NCBI GenBank assembly: GCA_964592945.1
Contig: CAZQGK010000001.1
Span: forward strand, 9,224 to 49,236
Length of the DNA: 40,013 bases
Source: an uncultured Candidatus Saccharibacteria bacterium
Lineage (GTDB): Bacteria > Patescibacteriota > Minisyncoccia > Phycocordibacterales > UBA2100
Reading direction: 5' to 3'
Shown here: one piece after another, positions 1-10,088 of the stretch
Layout: each line of letters opens with the position of its first letter
Numbering within the stretch: the first letter of the stretch is position 1
Program-made: the position numbers and the translations under genes
The notes under the pieces: model-generated
What the model was told of the DNA's origin: nothing
What the model saw: the letters and a program-made list of their open reading frames with translations, nothing else
Databases searched by the model: none

Positions 1-201
1 ATCAATGGTCTTGGCCGTACCGGTATAGAAGGGGTGTGACGCGCTCGAGATTTCTACCTGAAAAACAGGGTATTCTTTGCCGTCGTCCCACTTGTCCTTC
101 TTCGTTGTCTCTATCGTTGAACCAATGAGAAAACGCTTCCCCGAAGTGGAATCTTCGAAGATGACCATTCGGTATGTATCCGGATGAATGTCTTTTTTCA
201 T
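1..201 (-). CDS. rpmE: 50S ribosomal protein L31, type B (no CxxC zinc motif); C-terminus runs off the window start
   Basis: Open-ended, so absent from the ORF track. The reverse-strand ATG at 201..199 translates to [28 protein letters not shown]...[18 protein letters not shown]. This shows the L31 N-terminus MKKDIHP and the HPFYTG motif. Confidence 0.8.
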   Translation of the reverse strand, partial: MKKDIHPDTYRMVIFEDSTSGKRFLIGSTIETTKKDKWDDGKEYPVFQVEISSASHPFYTGTAKTID

Positions 202-248
202 GACTGGCAGAGAATACACGAAAAATCGGAAAAAGACAATGTTTGGCG

Positions 249-1583
249 TCACTGATTCAAAATATCTATCTCGGCCTGGATCTTGTCTACCAGCTCCATG
301 ACGCTGTCCCCGTAGAACGCGTTGGCGCGGCTGTTCCAATTGCTGCCTGCAAAATACTTCAATGCGGCGCGGCGTTCCGCCGTGCGCGTGCCTCCGGCCG
401 CGCCGTTGTCTTTCATGAGAAGCCCTGTCGCCAAAATAGCCGTCTGTGCATTCCACGGGTCGGGGAAATCGACCCCTGTCAGCTGTGAGAGCCGCGCTTT
501 ATAGAGCATCCACGTCGACGGAATGAATTGCGACGGTCCCATTGCTCCGCCATACCCTATGCTTTGCGGACATGATACTTGTGTTGTCGTCCAGTCCATG
601 CCGAGCGCCTCCGTAATCGTAACGAACGGCTGCGTGTCCCGCGGCGCTTTCATAACCTTTGCGAACGCCTTGCCGGTGTTCTTCCCCACTCCGCTGCCGG
701 TCGTTAAGTCGCGCACGTAGCATGAGCCGGTATTTTCCCCCAGATTGGATTCTTGGGTCAATATCGCGAGTATAAGCGCGGGGCGCACGCCTGTGTCGTT
801 CGATGCCTTTTTTGCGTAGTCATAGGCGGTGCCAAAGGGGATTGCGCCGGTATCCCGGAGACCGAAGAGTGCGGCGCGTATCGCGGCCGCTTGTTTTTTC
901 TTGTCGGCGATTATCTGCTGGTAGGTTTTCTCCTGACCCTTGGTGGCCGAGAGGATGGACTGCTTCTCTTTTTCATCATCCTGCACGGCCTTCTTCGCGA
1001 GTACCTGTACCTGCCGTACTTTCTCGGTCTCGTTCTGCTTGTCTTCGAGCGCCGCTTTGCGGCCCGCAAGGTCGGCTCGCAGTATAGCCATCTCAGTGAA
1101 AGACTCTCCGAGCGCCCGCTGAATGGATTGAAAGTCGTCAATATCCTGAAAAAAATTGTCGAGGCTACTGCCGAGTGCCATCTGGACAAGTGAGAGGTCG
1201 TCTATCTCGCGCGTGCGACGGAGAAGCTGTGCGAGCGATGCCTCACTTCGCGCGACTTTCGCATCCACCTGCGCGATTGATTGTTTCTTCTCGGAAATAT
1301 TCCCCTTAAGTTGCGTGAGTGTGACGTCGCTTTGTTTTATCTGGAGCTGCGCGATACGTATTTTATTGTCCAGTATCGCGATATCACGTTCAAGCGTTGT
1401 ACGCTGCTGCTGCAGAGTACTCAGCGTTCCTTGATTGTTGGCTATGTCTTTTTCGATCTGGTCAAGCTGCGCCTGAAGAGCGGCGCGTTCTTCTACGCTC
1501 GTCGCGGCACGCGCCTCAAATGGCACGAACGCCTGCCCAGCACAGAGAAGTACAACAAAAAGACCGACGCGAATGAAGCGCAT
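249..1583 (-). CDS. Secreted coiled-coil protein with a C-terminal MltB/SLT_2-like lytic transglycosylase domain
   Basis: 444-aa ORF with a signal peptide ([26 protein letters not shown]) and a long Q/E/K/L-rich coiled-coil region. The C-terminal ILTQESNLG (Glu-Ser) and [13 protein letters not shown] resemble the lytic murein transglycosylase B signature. Confidence 0.65.
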   Translation of the reverse strand: MRFIRVGLFVVLLCAGQAFVPFEARAATSVEERAALQAQLDQIEKDIANNQGTLSTLQQQRTTLERDIAILDNKIRIAQLQIKQSDVTLTQLKGNISEKKQSIAQVDAKVARSEASLAQLLRRTREIDDLSLVQMALGSSLDNFFQDIDDFQSIQRALGESFTEMAILRADLAGRKAALEDKQNETEKVRQVQVLAKKAVQDDEKEKQSILSATKGQEKTYQQIIADKKKQAAAIRAALFGLRDTGAIPFGTAYDYAKKASNDTGVRPALILAILTQESNLGENTGSCYVRDLTTGSGVGKNTGKAFAKVMKAPRDTQPFVTITEALGMDWTTTQVSCPQSIGYGGAMGPSQFIPSTWMLYKARLSQLTGVDFPDPWNAQTAILATGLLMKDNGAAGGTRTAERRAALKYFAGSNWNSRANAFYGDSVMELVDKIQAEIDILNQ

Positions 1584-1606
1584 AATCCGTCAGTATAACA
1601 GACGGC

Positions 1607-2287
1607 CTATTCCTTCTTTTCTTTCTTTTCCCCCTTTCCCGGAGAGGCGGGACCGCCTTCGGCGGATGCGACTCCTTCTCCCCCCTCAGCAACTTTTTCG
1701 GTCGTGATGACGGTTTCCGGCGCCGGCGTTACCTCCACCGGTTCTTCTTTGAACTCCGTGACGGATGCGACGATCTCTTCGCCGTGTGTAATGAGCGAGG
1801 CGCTTGGAGGGAGGGCGATCTGCGCGGCAGTTATGTGGTCGCCGACGTTCGCGAGCTTCAGGAGGTCCACGACGAGATGGTGCGGCAATTCCGCCGGCGC
1901 CACTTCTATCTCGACTTCATGGAGCGCTTTGACAACGATGTGGCCGGCCTTTTCCGCCGGAGCGACGCCTTCGAATTCAAGCGGCACTTTGATCTTTATC
2001 TTCTTGCCTTTTTCGAGCACATAGAAATCGGCGTGGAGAAGCTGGCCGGTTACAGGATGAAATTGTGCGTCATGAATGAGTGTATCTTTGTCTTCACCGA
2101 GGCCCTTCAGGGTGACAATCGTCGTTTCGCCAGCCTCACGCCACACAGCGCTTAGCTTGCGTGCGTCTACCGAGATCGGTGTCGCCGCTTCTTTTGGACC
2201 GTAGAAAACGGCCGGCACGGCGCCGTTCTTCCTCAGCGTATCTGCGGATTCATTCTCCACTCGCGGTTTGACTTCAATCGCTAACAT
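1607..2287 (-). CDS. rplY: 50S ribosomal protein L25, Ctc form
   Basis: 226-aa ORF with LRKNGAVPAVFYGPKE near the N-terminus, two-domain Ctc-type length and a K/E-rich tail. TATACT lies 7 nt upstream of the ATG. Confidence 0.9.
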   Translation of the reverse strand: MLAIEVKPRVENESADTLRKNGAVPAVFYGPKEAATPISVDARKLSAVWREAGETTIVTLKGLGEDKDTLIHDAQFHPVTGQLLHADFYVLEKGKKIKIKVPLEFEGVAPAEKAGHIVVKALHEVEIEVAPAELPHHLVVDLLKLANVGDHITAAQIALPPSASLITHGEEIVASVTEFKEEPVEVTPAPETVITTEKVAEGGEGVASAEGGPASPGKGEKKEKKE

Positions 2288-2344
2288 GGGCAGCAGTATA
2301 CGGATTTGCGGCGCAAAAGCAAATATCCGGGCACAAAATTCTTG

Positions 2345-2353
2345 TGCTACAAT
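2345..2353 (+). promoter_or_regulatory. Extended -10 element (TGcTACAAT) upstream of the PfkB kinase gene
   Basis: tgctacaat at 2345..2353 lies in the divergent L25/PfkB intergenic region. It is followed by a 7-bp hairpin (gccgcgt...acgcggc, 2359..2385) that abuts the ATG at 2386. Confidence 0.35.
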
Positions 2354-2385
2354 AAAGAGCCGCGTTTCAAAGGACGGTACGCGGC

Positions 2386-3387
2386 ATGATTTCGCAAAAT
2401 CACATGCAATACGACTTCGTCGCTATCGGTGACATCACGACCGATGCTTTTATCAAGCTCAAGGATGCGGAGGAATTGATGAATCACGGCACGCGCGAGC
2501 TGTGTGTGCGTTTCGCTGACAAAGTGCCGTATGAGGAGGTCATCGAAGTACGCGCGGTGGGCAACGCGGCGAACGCCGCCGTCGCGGCGTCGCGCATTGG
2601 ACTTACCTCGGCCCTCATCGCACGCGTGGGCGACGACGAGAATGGTAGGAATTGCCGCGAGACCCTCAAAGGCAACGGCGTCGCCGACGAGTACGTCGAG
2701 ACGCAAGCGGGACTTCCGACCAACTATCACTATGTCCTCTGGTTCGGCGCGGAGCGTACGATACTCGTCAAACAAACGAAGTTCACCTATTCGATGCCGG
2801 ACTTCGATACTCCCCCGAAGTACATCTACCTGACATCGCTCGGAGAAAGTGCAAAGGATTTTCATCACGAGGTCGCGGCCTATGTCGCCGCACATCCAGA
2901 GACCAAGCTCGCCTTCCAGCCAGGCACCTTCCAGATAAAACTTGGTGCGGAAGCGCTCAAGGACGTCTACGCTGTCACTGAGATATTTTTCTGCAATAAA
3001 GAGGAAGCACAGCTCATACTCAAGACAAAAGAGGCGGACGTAAAGAAGCTCATGGAGGAACTTCGCGCACTCGGGCCAAAGACTGTCGTCGTAACGGACG
3101 GTCCGAACGGCTCGAATATTTTGAACGAGAGCGGCGTATGGCACGTGCCAATGTATCCCGACCCCGCTCCCCCGGTCTCCCGCACGGGTGCAGGTGACGC
3201 CACCGCGTCAACGACCGTTTCTTTTATCCACCTCGGACTGCCCGCGGGCGAAGCGCTCTTGAGAGGAATGATAAACGCCGCATCCGTCGTCCAAGGCGTT
3301 GGCGCGCAGACCAAGCTCCTCACCCGCACCGAGATAGAAGATTGGTACGCAAAAAAACCGTCGGATTTCAAAGCGACGCAGCTTTAA
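2386..3387 (+). CDS. PfkB-family carbohydrate kinase (ribokinase/fructokinase-like)
   Basis: 333-aa ORF with VGNAANAAVAASRIG (PfkB signature 1 region) and RTGAGDATAS (the DTxGAGD-type ATP/anion-hole motif). Confidence 0.8.
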   Translation: MISQNHMQYDFVAIGDITTDAFIKLKDAEELMNHGTRELCVRFADKVPYEEVIEVRAVGNAANAAVAASRIGLTSALIARVGDDENGRNCRETLKGNGVADEYVETQAGLPTNYHYVLWFGAERTILVKQTKFTYSMPDFDTPPKYIYLTSLGESAKDFHHEVAAYVAAHPETKLAFQPGTFQIKLGAEALKDVYAVTEIFFCNKEEAQLILKTKEADVKKLMEELRALGPKTVVVTDGPNGSNILNESGVWHVPMYPDPAPPVSRTGAGDATASTTVSFIHLGLPAGEALLRGMINAASVVQGVGAQTKLLTRTEIEDWYAKKPSDFKATQL

Positions 3388-4376
3388 GTTTTTTTCCGCG
3401 TAATGGCTTTTTTAGCCGCCGCGACAATGTGCGACACTCCCATGCCGTAGTGCTCCACCAATTCCGTCGGTTCGCCGCTCTGGCCGAACTTGTCGTGCAC
3501 GCCGATGAATTCTACCGGGAGCGGGCATTCTTGCGCCAGAAGCTCCGCCACGGCGGAGCCGAAGCCGCCTGCTATCTGATGTTCTTCGACGGTAACAATC
3601 GCACCCGCGGCGCGCGCTTCGCGGAGAATTGTCTCTTTGTCCAGCGGTTTTATCGTGTGCACATTGGTAACAGTGACCGCGATACCCTCGCCCTCGAGCT
3701 GCCGCGCCGCGAGAAGCGACTGGTAGACGAGGTGCCCAGTTGCGAAAATGGCCGCCCGGGGTGATTCTGACTTCCACAATACATTTGCCTTCCCTATTTC
3801 GAACGGTGTGTCCGGTGTCGTCATGATAGGTGTTTTGTCGCGGCCCCATCGCATGTAGACGGGGCTACCGAGTTTTGCCGCGGCAATGGTCGCCTTGCGG
3901 CCCTCTTCTGAATCACATGCCGAGATGACCGTGAAGTGCGGGAGTGCGCGCATCAGCGCCATATCTTCGAGCGCTTGATGTGTCGCGCCGTCGGGGCCTA
4001 CCGAGACGCCCGCGTGCATGCCGCAAACTATGGCGGGGACGTTGTTGATGCCTATCGTGGTGCGTATCTGCTCCCAATTCCTGCCCGGTGAGAACGTCGC
4101 ATAGGAAGTGAAGAAAGGTATTTTGCCGTACAAAGCCATGCCGGCGGCGACCGTCGCCATATTCTGCTCGGCAACGCCGCACTGGATGAACCGCTCCGGA
4201 AATGCCTTTTGAAAATGGTGTGCCTGCGTGCTCTCCGCCAAGTCGGCGGTCAAGACGACGACGCGCTCATCCGAGGTACCCGCTTCGACAACGCCTTTGC
4301 CGAATCCCTCGCGCGTCGAAGCCATTGCGGGCTTATCGAAAATATTCGCCGCCAATTTTGCGTCCGGGTCTATCAT
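3384..4376 (-). CDS. tkt: Transketolase, C-terminal (pyrimidine-binding plus C-terminal domain) subunit
   Basis: 330-aa ORF with FIQCGVAEQNM, GPDGATHQALEDMALMRALP and the typical split-transketolase subunit length. Confidence 0.9.
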   Translation of the reverse strand: MIDPDAKLAANIFDKPAMASTREGFGKGVVEAGTSDERVVVLTADLAESTQAHHFQKAFPERFIQCGVAEQNMATVAAGMALYGKIPFFTSYATFSPGRNWEQIRTTIGINNVPAIVCGMHAGVSVGPDGATHQALEDMALMRALPHFTVISACDSEEGRKATIAAAKLGSPVYMRWGRDKTPIMTTPDTPFEIGKANVLWKSESPRAAIFATGHLVYQSLLAARQLEGEGIAVTVTNVHTIKPLDKETILREARAAGAIVTVEEHQIAGGFGSAVAELLAQECPLPVEFIGVHDKFGQSGEPTELVEHYGMGVSHIVAAAKKAITRKKT

Positions 4377-4804
4377 ACGGTGACGTTGATGAGGTTAAGG
4401 CCGATATCTTCATCATAGCCGCGCAGTAGCGGTTGGGTCACCTGCCAGAGGCATAGTTCGAGCGTCACGGCAACGACCGCCGATCGTATATGCCCGCCGA
4501 GGCATTCAAGCGTCTCGTCGCAACGCGAGAGAACGGCGTGTGCGTGGACCTGTGGTACCTCGTTGAACTCGGTTATGTTGCCATCCATGCTCGCGACCTC
4601 GAATGGGCCCGGTTCGCTGCGGAATACGTATTCGCGGTTGGGCAGGTCATAGTAGCCGATCTCGACGTTCTCGACGGCACCGATCGCCTGGAATTGCCCC
4701 CAGTGGACTTCGTTCTCCTCACAAAAACGGACAAGGGTGGGGATGAACTCCTCGCCCCGCTCGAAGACCAGAAAGTAACCGTTGTGTATCTGTACCGCTT
4801 GCAT
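4373..4804 (-). CDS. PPC-domain (DUF296) protein
   Basis: 143-aa ORF. Its pattern (FIPTLVRFCEENEVHWGQFQAIGAV...VHAHAVLS...GGHI) resembles PPC/DUF296 family proteins. It shares a 4-nt stop/start overlap with the downstream transketolase subunit. Confidence 0.55.
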   Translation of the reverse strand: MQAVQIHNGYFLVFERGEEFIPTLVRFCEENEVHWGQFQAIGAVENVEIGYYDLPNREYVFRSEPGPFEVASMDGNITEFNEVPQVHAHAVLSRCDETLECLGGHIRSAVVAVTLELCLWQVTQPLLRGYDEDIGLNLINVTV

Positions 4805-4808
4805 AGTC

Positions 4809-5663
4809 CTATGAAAGTTCGCTGAGGAACGTATCTTTTTGCTTATCTGCGGGGATCTTGTCGGTGGGCCCCTTACCCGGTGGATTTCCGTGCCAGCGAT
4901 AATCGCCCTCTATTTCGCGGATACCTTTGCCCGGAATGGTATGTGCAAGGATCAATGTCGGCTTCTCACGAATTGCCCTCGCCTCGTCGCATGCCGCGAT
5001 GAATTGCGGGATGTTGTGGCCGTCCACCTCGATGACATGCCAATTAAATGCTTCATATTTATCGCGCAAGGGCTCCAGCGGCATGATGTCTTCGGTGTTA
5101 CCGTCTATTTGAATGTTGTTGCGGTCCATAATGCCGACGAGATTTGCGAGGCGGTACTTTCCCGAAAACATCACCGCCTCCCATGTATTCCCTTCTTCGT
5201 GCTCGCCGTCGGACATCGCGCAAAAAACACGGAAGCCTTTTCCGTCCATGCGCGCAGCATATGCGTATCCGGCGGACTCCGAGAGGCCTGAGCCGAGCGG
5301 CCCGGACGTCGTCTCGAGACCGGGCAGCATGTCGCGCTCCGGATGCCCCTGGAGCCGCGAGCCGAATTTGCGTAGTGTGAGGCATTCTACCACGGGAAAA
5401 TACCCTGCATGCGCCATTGTTGCATAGCGCACGGGTACGATATGACCGTTGGAAAGGATGAGGCGGTCGCGTTCCGGCCAGTCCGGATTTTTTGGGTCGT
5501 GCTTCAAGACGTGAAAGTACAGCGCGGTGAAAATATCCGCCATGCCGAGAGGGCCAGCGGTATGACCCGAACCCGCGGCGGCAAGCATCTCGATTATCGT
5601 CCGGCGTATCGCATTGGCACGTACTCCAAGCTCGCGCACCTCCTCGTCTGTCAGCGGCACCAT
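4809..5663 (-). CDS. tkt: Transketolase, N-terminal (TPP-binding) subunit
   Basis: 284-aa ORF with GSGHTAGPLGMADI, LILSNGH, GPLGSGL and SDGEHEEGNTWEA, which are classic TPP-binding motifs. Confidence 0.9.
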   Translation of the reverse strand: MVPLTDEEVRELGVRANAIRRTIIEMLAAAGSGHTAGPLGMADIFTALYFHVLKHDPKNPDWPERDRLILSNGHIVPVRYATMAHAGYFPVVECLTLRKFGSRLQGHPERDMLPGLETTSGPLGSGLSESAGYAYAARMDGKGFRVFCAMSDGEHEEGNTWEAVMFSGKYRLANLVGIMDRNNIQIDGNTEDIMPLEPLRDKYEAFNWHVIEVDGHNIPQFIAACDEARAIREKPTLILAHTIPGKGIREIEGDYRWHGNPPGKGPTDKIPADKQKDTFLSELS

Positions 5664-5667
5664 TGCC

Positions 5668-6372
5668 CTATTCTAGCGCACTTTCAGCTATAGATTTCAA
5701 CCGCTCGTAGGCGGCTTTGGGATCTTCGGCCTTTGTAATCGCAGAACCAACGCCGAAGCGCCTCGCCCCGGCGCGCGTGAGCTCCGCTATATTCTTTGTT
5801 GAGACCCCGCCGTCCACGCTGATGGTGAGCTCGGGATACTTCGAGTGTAATTCCTGGATACGTGCGATCGCCCGTACATCATACGGCGCACCCTGCTTGC
5901 CGAGCGTGGCGATAGACATCACCTGTACAACATCGCACGCCGGTACCACCCACTCCAATACGGGAAGCGGTGTATCGAGAAGTACCGCAAGTCCGGCCTC
6001 CTGCGCTCCCGCGCTGCGCCACGCGCCGAGCGCCTCAAGTATTTCCTTTTCGTCGGCAAATGCTTCCACATGCCCGATTACCCGCTGTATCCCCGCCTGT
6101 GCGAGACGCAAGCCAAGCTCACGAGGTTCTTCCACCATGAGGTGCGTTTCGTATTTCAGATTTCCGGCTGAAGGGAGTTTCGACGGGTCGTCGGAGAGCG
6201 TCTCGAGCTCGGCCCATTGCCCTTCCGCATACGGCCATGAACGCTCCGGTGTGAACATCCCGTCGCTGATGTCGAGCTGGACCCATTCCGAAAAACCGGC
6301 AAAAAATGCGGAGCGCCGCGAGAGCTCCGCAAGATCGGGCGGACACGTATTCGTCGGGACAATCTCGATCAT
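5668..6372 (-). CDS. rpe: Ribulose-phosphate 3-epimerase-like protein
   Basis: 234-aa ORF with LDISDGMF, THLMV, VMSIATLGKQG, SVDGGV and VGSAI, which align with the Rpe TIM-barrel motifs. Confidence 0.75.
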   Translation of the reverse strand: MIEIVPTNTCPPDLAELSRRSAFFAGFSEWVQLDISDGMFTPERSWPYAEGQWAELETLSDDPSKLPSAGNLKYETHLMVEEPRELGLRLAQAGIQRVIGHVEAFADEKEILEALGAWRSAGAQEAGLAVLLDTPLPVLEWVVPACDVVQVMSIATLGKQGAPYDVRAIARIQELHSKYPELTISVDGGVSTKNIAELTRAGARRFGVGSAITKAEDPKAAYERLKSIAESALE

Positions 6373-6381
6373 GAGGACGTA

Positions 6382-6843
6382 CTATGGACCGACAACATAA
6401 TTGCCTGCAGGTGCAGCTCCATTGAGTCCGGTCGCTCCTATGTTGCAGGATGAAATAGGGAGGGGCGTCGTCTCCATGGTGGCACCAAGACAGTAAAACT
6501 GGTTGTCGGATTTGAGCGCATATGAGTATGGGGCATTTGTCCCTGGGTCTTTCGGTTCCGCCGCAATGGCACCAGCGCTGACAACCGCGGCGATGGTGGC
6601 TGGATATGCGGGTATTGTCTGCTGACTGTAATAGAGCTCCATGGCTACCTGCAGCTGCTTGAGGTCCGCCATGCGGCGGGCGTCACGACCCTTCTTTCTG
6701 GCGCCGTTGAGGGATGAAAGAACGACCGACGAAAGGAGCCCGATAATCGCGATGACGACGAGAAGTTCGATTAAAGTAAAACCTTTGGTTTTACTTGTAC
6801 GTGCTTGCGTGAAGCCGCGGGATTTTTGTGCACGAGAATACAT
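6382..6843 (-). CDS. Type IV pilin / pseudopilin-like protein (prepilin N-terminal cleavage/methylation domain)
   Basis: 153-aa ORF containing KG|FTLIELLVVIAIIGLLSSVVL, the canonical class III signal and hydrophobic helix. The true start may be internal. Confidence 0.75.
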   Translation of the reverse strand: MYSRAQKSRGFTQARTSKTKGFTLIELLVVIAIIGLLSSVVLSSLNGARKKGRDARRMADLKQLQVAMELYYSQQTIPAYPATIAAVVSAGAIAAEPKDPGTNAPYSYALKSDNQFYCLGATMETTPLPISSCNIGATGLNGAAPAGNYVVGP

Positions 6844-6864
6844 ACAAATTTCTTTATCGCTGCA

Positions 6865-7107
6865 CTAGTAGGTATTGGCCCCCCAGTTCGGTGTGGTGGG
6901 TACATCCGAGGCTCCCGAACCGCTTACATACACAAAGATCGCAATTATGATAACAACCGCGGCGACCCCTATCAGCACATACTCCGCTTGCTGCCGCGTG
7001 GATGCGATTCCCCACTTGATAAGCAAGCCGCTTAGATCGAACCCTCCTGAAGCTACGGGCGGCCTGCCGAACTCATCTGTCTGGTCCTGAAATTGCATCT
7101 CACTCAT
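6865..7107 (-). CDS. Hypothetical small membrane protein with one C-proximal TM helix
   Basis: The track ORF 6865..7167 would overlap the rpiB 3' end, so the internal ATG at 7107 (MSEMQFQDQ...) is preferred. It has one TM helix (YVLIGVAAVVIIIAIFVYV). I recognise no family. Confidence 0.4.
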   Translation of the reverse strand: MSEMQFQDQTDEFGRPPVASGGFDLSGLLIKWGIASTRQQAEYVLIGVAAVVIIIAIFVYVSGSGASDVPTTPNWGANTY

Positions 7108-7157
7108 GTTGTCAATTGTATACGTTAGAACTACCCTGTACAACCTGGCTGGGGATA

Positions 7158-7658
7158 CTAGAGGCACCCGTCAATCTTCCGTATGCGTCTTTGATGGCGT
7201 TCTTCACCCGAAAATGGCCTCTCGAGCCATTCTTTGAGAGCTTCTCTTGCCTCTTCAATCGAGAGGAACCGGGCGCCGAGCGAGAGCGCGTTGGCGTCGT
7301 TGTGTTCGCGGGTCGAGGCGAGCATGCTGAGTTGACGCCCGGAGAGGTCGGTCTGCTCGCGGCCTGGCTTTCCATAATAGAGCGCGCAACGTACGCCTTT
7401 AAAACGATTTGCGACCATGGCCTCTCCCTGACCGGAAGCGCCTATCACGACGGCACGGCTATTGCGCTCTTGCACCGCATCCGCGGAGAGCTTTCGCGCC
7501 GCGCCTGCGATAATTTCCGGATAGTCATCGCTCGGGTCATTGACGAATGCACCGCAGTCTTCGACATCGTATTTCAATTCATCACGCACGTAGGCAAGAA
7601 GGATGTTTTTCAATTCGAATCCCGCGTGGTCGGTGGCAAAATAGACACGCATGGTCAT
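7158..7658 (-). CDS. rpiB: Ribose-5-phosphate isomerase B
   Basis: MTMRVYFATDHAGFELKN... is the RpiB/LacAB N-terminus. The start at 7658 gives an ATGA overlap with the gap stop; the track's longer start (7730) lies inside gap. Confidence 0.85.
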   Translation of the reverse strand: MTMRVYFATDHAGFELKNILLAYVRDELKYDVEDCGAFVNDPSDDYPEIIAGAARKLSADAVQERNSRAVVIGASGQGEAMVANRFKGVRCALYYGKPGREQTDLSGRQLSMLASTREHNDANALSLGARFLSIEEAREALKEWLERPFSGEERHQRRIRKIDGCL

Positions 7659-8674
7659 TTTAGACGCTTGGCGACTTCTGTGACATGTTCGATGAGCGTG
7701 TGTACGTACCCCATTTCGTTGTCGTACCACGCCATCACTTTGACGAGCGTTCCGTCTACGACGCGTGTCATCGCGAGGTCGGCTATGGCACCATATGGCA
7801 ATCCCAAAATATCGGCGGAGACGAGCGGCTCGTCGGAGACCGCAAAGACACGCTTCCAGCGGTCACTCGACGCACCCTTGCGGAGCGCGTCGTTCACTTC
7901 TTCGACGGTCGTCGGTCGATTCGACACAAAAGTGATATCGACGAGCGAGCCGCTCGGCACCGGCACGCGTACCGAAACACCGTCGAATTTTCCTTTGAGC
8001 TGCGGGTAGACGAGCGTCGTTGCCTTAGCGGCGCCCGTCGAGGTCGGCACCATGTTCTGTGCGGCGGCTCTTTGCTCGCGGAGGTCTTTTGCCTTGCCTC
8101 CGTCAACCAGACTTTGGCTCGCGGTATAGGCATGGGTCGTGTTGAGTATAGCCCGCTCGATGCCGACGGCCTCATCGAGAATACCGACGAGTGGGTTCGC
8201 GGCGTTCGTAGTGCACGAGGCATTTGAGGTGATGGGGCCGCAGGTGGCGAATTTTTCCTCATTCGCACCGATGAGTATGGTCTCCACACCCTCACCTTTG
8301 CCCGGTGCCGAGATGACGACCTGTTTCGCTCCCGCCTCAAGGTGCACCTTTGCCTTTTCCGCGTCGGTGAAAAGCCCGGTGCACTCGACGACGATATCTA
8401 TTTGGTGTTCCTTCCACGGCAACTTTACGGGCTCACGTTCCGCACTGAGCGTTATCTTTTTCCCGTCGACGAGCAATCCGCCCTCAGCGACGGCGACCGT
8501 AAACGGAGAGCGCCCGTAGACAGTGTCGTATTTTAAAAGGTATGCGAGATTTTCAGCCGACGCGAGGTCGTTGATAGCGACGACTTCAAACTCCTTCCGC
8601 CCGTGGGCGGCGCGCAAAAACCCCCTGCCGATACGTCCGAACCCGTTTATTGCTATTCGTGTCATGCTCGCCAT
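7655..8674 (-). CDS. gap: Type I glyceraldehyde-3-phosphate dehydrogenase
   Basis: 339-aa ORF with INGFGRIGR, the SNASCTTN active site and WYDNEMGY. Confidence 0.95.
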   Translation of the reverse strand: MASMTRIAINGFGRIGRGFLRAAHGRKEFEVVAINDLASAENLAYLLKYDTVYGRSPFTVAVAEGGLLVDGKKITLSAEREPVKLPWKEHQIDIVVECTGLFTDAEKAKVHLEAGAKQVVISAPGKGEGVETILIGANEEKFATCGPITSNASCTTNAANPLVGILDEAVGIERAILNTTHAYTASQSLVDGGKAKDLREQRAAAQNMVPTSTGAAKATTLVYPQLKGKFDGVSVRVPVPSGSLVDITFVSNRPTTVEEVNDALRKGASSDRWKRVFAVSDEPLVSADILGLPYGAIADLAMTRVVDGTLVKVMAWYDNEMGYVHTLIEHVTEVAKRLK

Positions 8675-8680
8675 TCTACA

Positions 8681-10081
8681 CTATTCCTGAGGGTGCATCC
8701 GCGACATGGGTGCTGTGGATGTCGCAGTCGCCGACGGTATGAATCCTTCCTGCTCACGTGCCTCTTTCCGGATGCGGCCGCCCTGCATGATGAGGTCCAT
8801 TTCCTCCGGAGTCGTGTCGGCAATTACAACGTCGTCGGTAAGGTAAGGCCTGTCCTTCACGTCGATGTGTTCAGAGCCTAGGAAGTCCGGCTGCTTCTCA
8901 AGGCGCCATATGCTCCTGTTAAACGGAAGAAAGAAGACGCTCGGATGGCTACGCATTAAGAGCCCGAACAAGAGCGAATACTCCTTGAACTCGCCGAGGG
9001 CGAGGCGTTCGCGGGTGTGAATGATGTACGTCCGTATATCGCTCGCACCGGTAACGAGAAAAAGGTCGAGTAAGCTTGAGCGCTCCGACTCGACGAGGTG
9101 CCGGTCGAGATGCGGTCGACGCACACGGTCTACCATTGTCAGCATATCCGCCCAGTATCGCTGGTCCCGTGCCGTATACAGAAAAGTCGCCGGCTGATAA
9201 AAATACCGGAACCCCCGCTTGATAAGCAATTCGAACGGCGACTTGCCTATGCCGCCGAAACGCGCCTTCGGCCCGGCAATGGGCAGAAAATAGAAACGGT
9301 CAACGAGAGAAATTCTGGCGGCGGGGAGGCCGTTCGCGGGATCGCGCATGATGTACAGCATAAAAAGGTGCTTTGCCGCCACACCGTCAAAGTGCGGTAG
9401 CTCGTACCAAAACGGACCGTGCGTTTCAAGGATTTCTCCTTGCATGAATGTCGAATGCTTCACCTCCATGGCATGAAGATGCGCGTGTACCGGCGACATA
9501 TCGCCCGTCCGGAATCCGGGAAGAGACAAAACGGGCACCGGGGTGTCCGCGTGGGACGCGCCCCCCGCGAGCATTCGTTCACGTCCGTTCACCGCCAGCT
9601 CAAGTTGCTCCGCATTTTGCTTCATCAGGGCCAACATCCGGTTGACATCAGTGAGTGTGGTCCGGTTCCCCGTCATGTCGTTGAACACAAACGAGTCCGG
9701 CTGTTTCTCAAAAGCATAGAACAGGCGGTGCATGAGTATGTACCGATTGACGCTCTTGGCATATGCGTCAGACGCGACACGCCATCCGGCAAGTAATCGT
9801 TGTGCGTTCTCTTCGGTCGGAGCCGCAATGAAAACCCGGCGACGACGTTCGCTCTCTACGAACGCCCGCAAGAAAGGGAGCGGTACCGCATATTTCGCAA
9901 GCGGGTATCGGACAAGAAAGAGTCTGCGGCGCCATGAGCCCTCCGACAGAAGCGACTCGAGGTCGAGAATGGCCGACTCAAGTTCGTCAAGTGCCCGCCC
10001 TGCGCCCTCGAGATCCAGGCCATCGGCGGCGAACAAGGGGTCCGTGCGCACCAAAGAATCGAATCCCTTGAACGGCTGCAT
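8681..10081 (-). CDS. E-family protein E1: uncharacterised, no TM helix, paralogue of 24083..25441 and distant homologue of the D family
   Basis: The start is set at ATG 10081 (MQPFKGFDSLVRTDPLFAADG...), which aligns with the E2 N-terminus. TATAAT lies 7 nt upstream. The track's 552-aa version would overlap the permease gene. The stop is only 6 nt from the gap start. Confidence 0.7.
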   Translation of the reverse strand: MQPFKGFDSLVRTDPLFAADGLDLEGAGRALDELESAILDLESLLSEGSWRRRLFLVRYPLAKYAVPLPFLRAFVESERRRRVFIAAPTEENAQRLLAGWRVASDAYAKSVNRYILMHRLFYAFEKQPDSFVFNDMTGNRTTLTDVNRMLALMKQNAEQLELAVNGRERMLAGGASHADTPVPVLSLPGFRTGDMSPVHAHLHAMEVKHSTFMQGEILETHGPFWYELPHFDGVAAKHLFMLYIMRDPANGLPAARISLVDRFYFLPIAGPKARFGGIGKSPFELLIKRGFRYFYQPATFLYTARDQRYWADMLTMVDRVRRPHLDRHLVESERSSLLDLFLVTGASDIRTYIIHTRERLALGEFKEYSLLFGLLMRSHPSVFFLPFNRSIWRLEKQPDFLGSEHIDVKDRPYLTDDVVIADTTPEEMDLIMQGGRIRKEAREQEGFIPSATATSTAPMSRMHPQE

Positions 10082-10088
10082 GCCGATG

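Noticed and set aside
5717-6400. Long antisense or alternative-frame ORFs. Examples: 5717..6400 (+), 7116..8009 (+), 13473..14027 (-), 14459..15046 (-), 25834..26439 (-), 31249..31956 (-), 33172..33972 (+), 33383..34162 (-) and 39506..39970 (-)
   Set aside because: All lie opposite to, or out of frame with, genes that have clear family motifs. Their translations are Arg/Ser/Pro/Ala-rich with low complexity and no recognisable motifs, as expected for spurious ORFs in GC-rich DNA.
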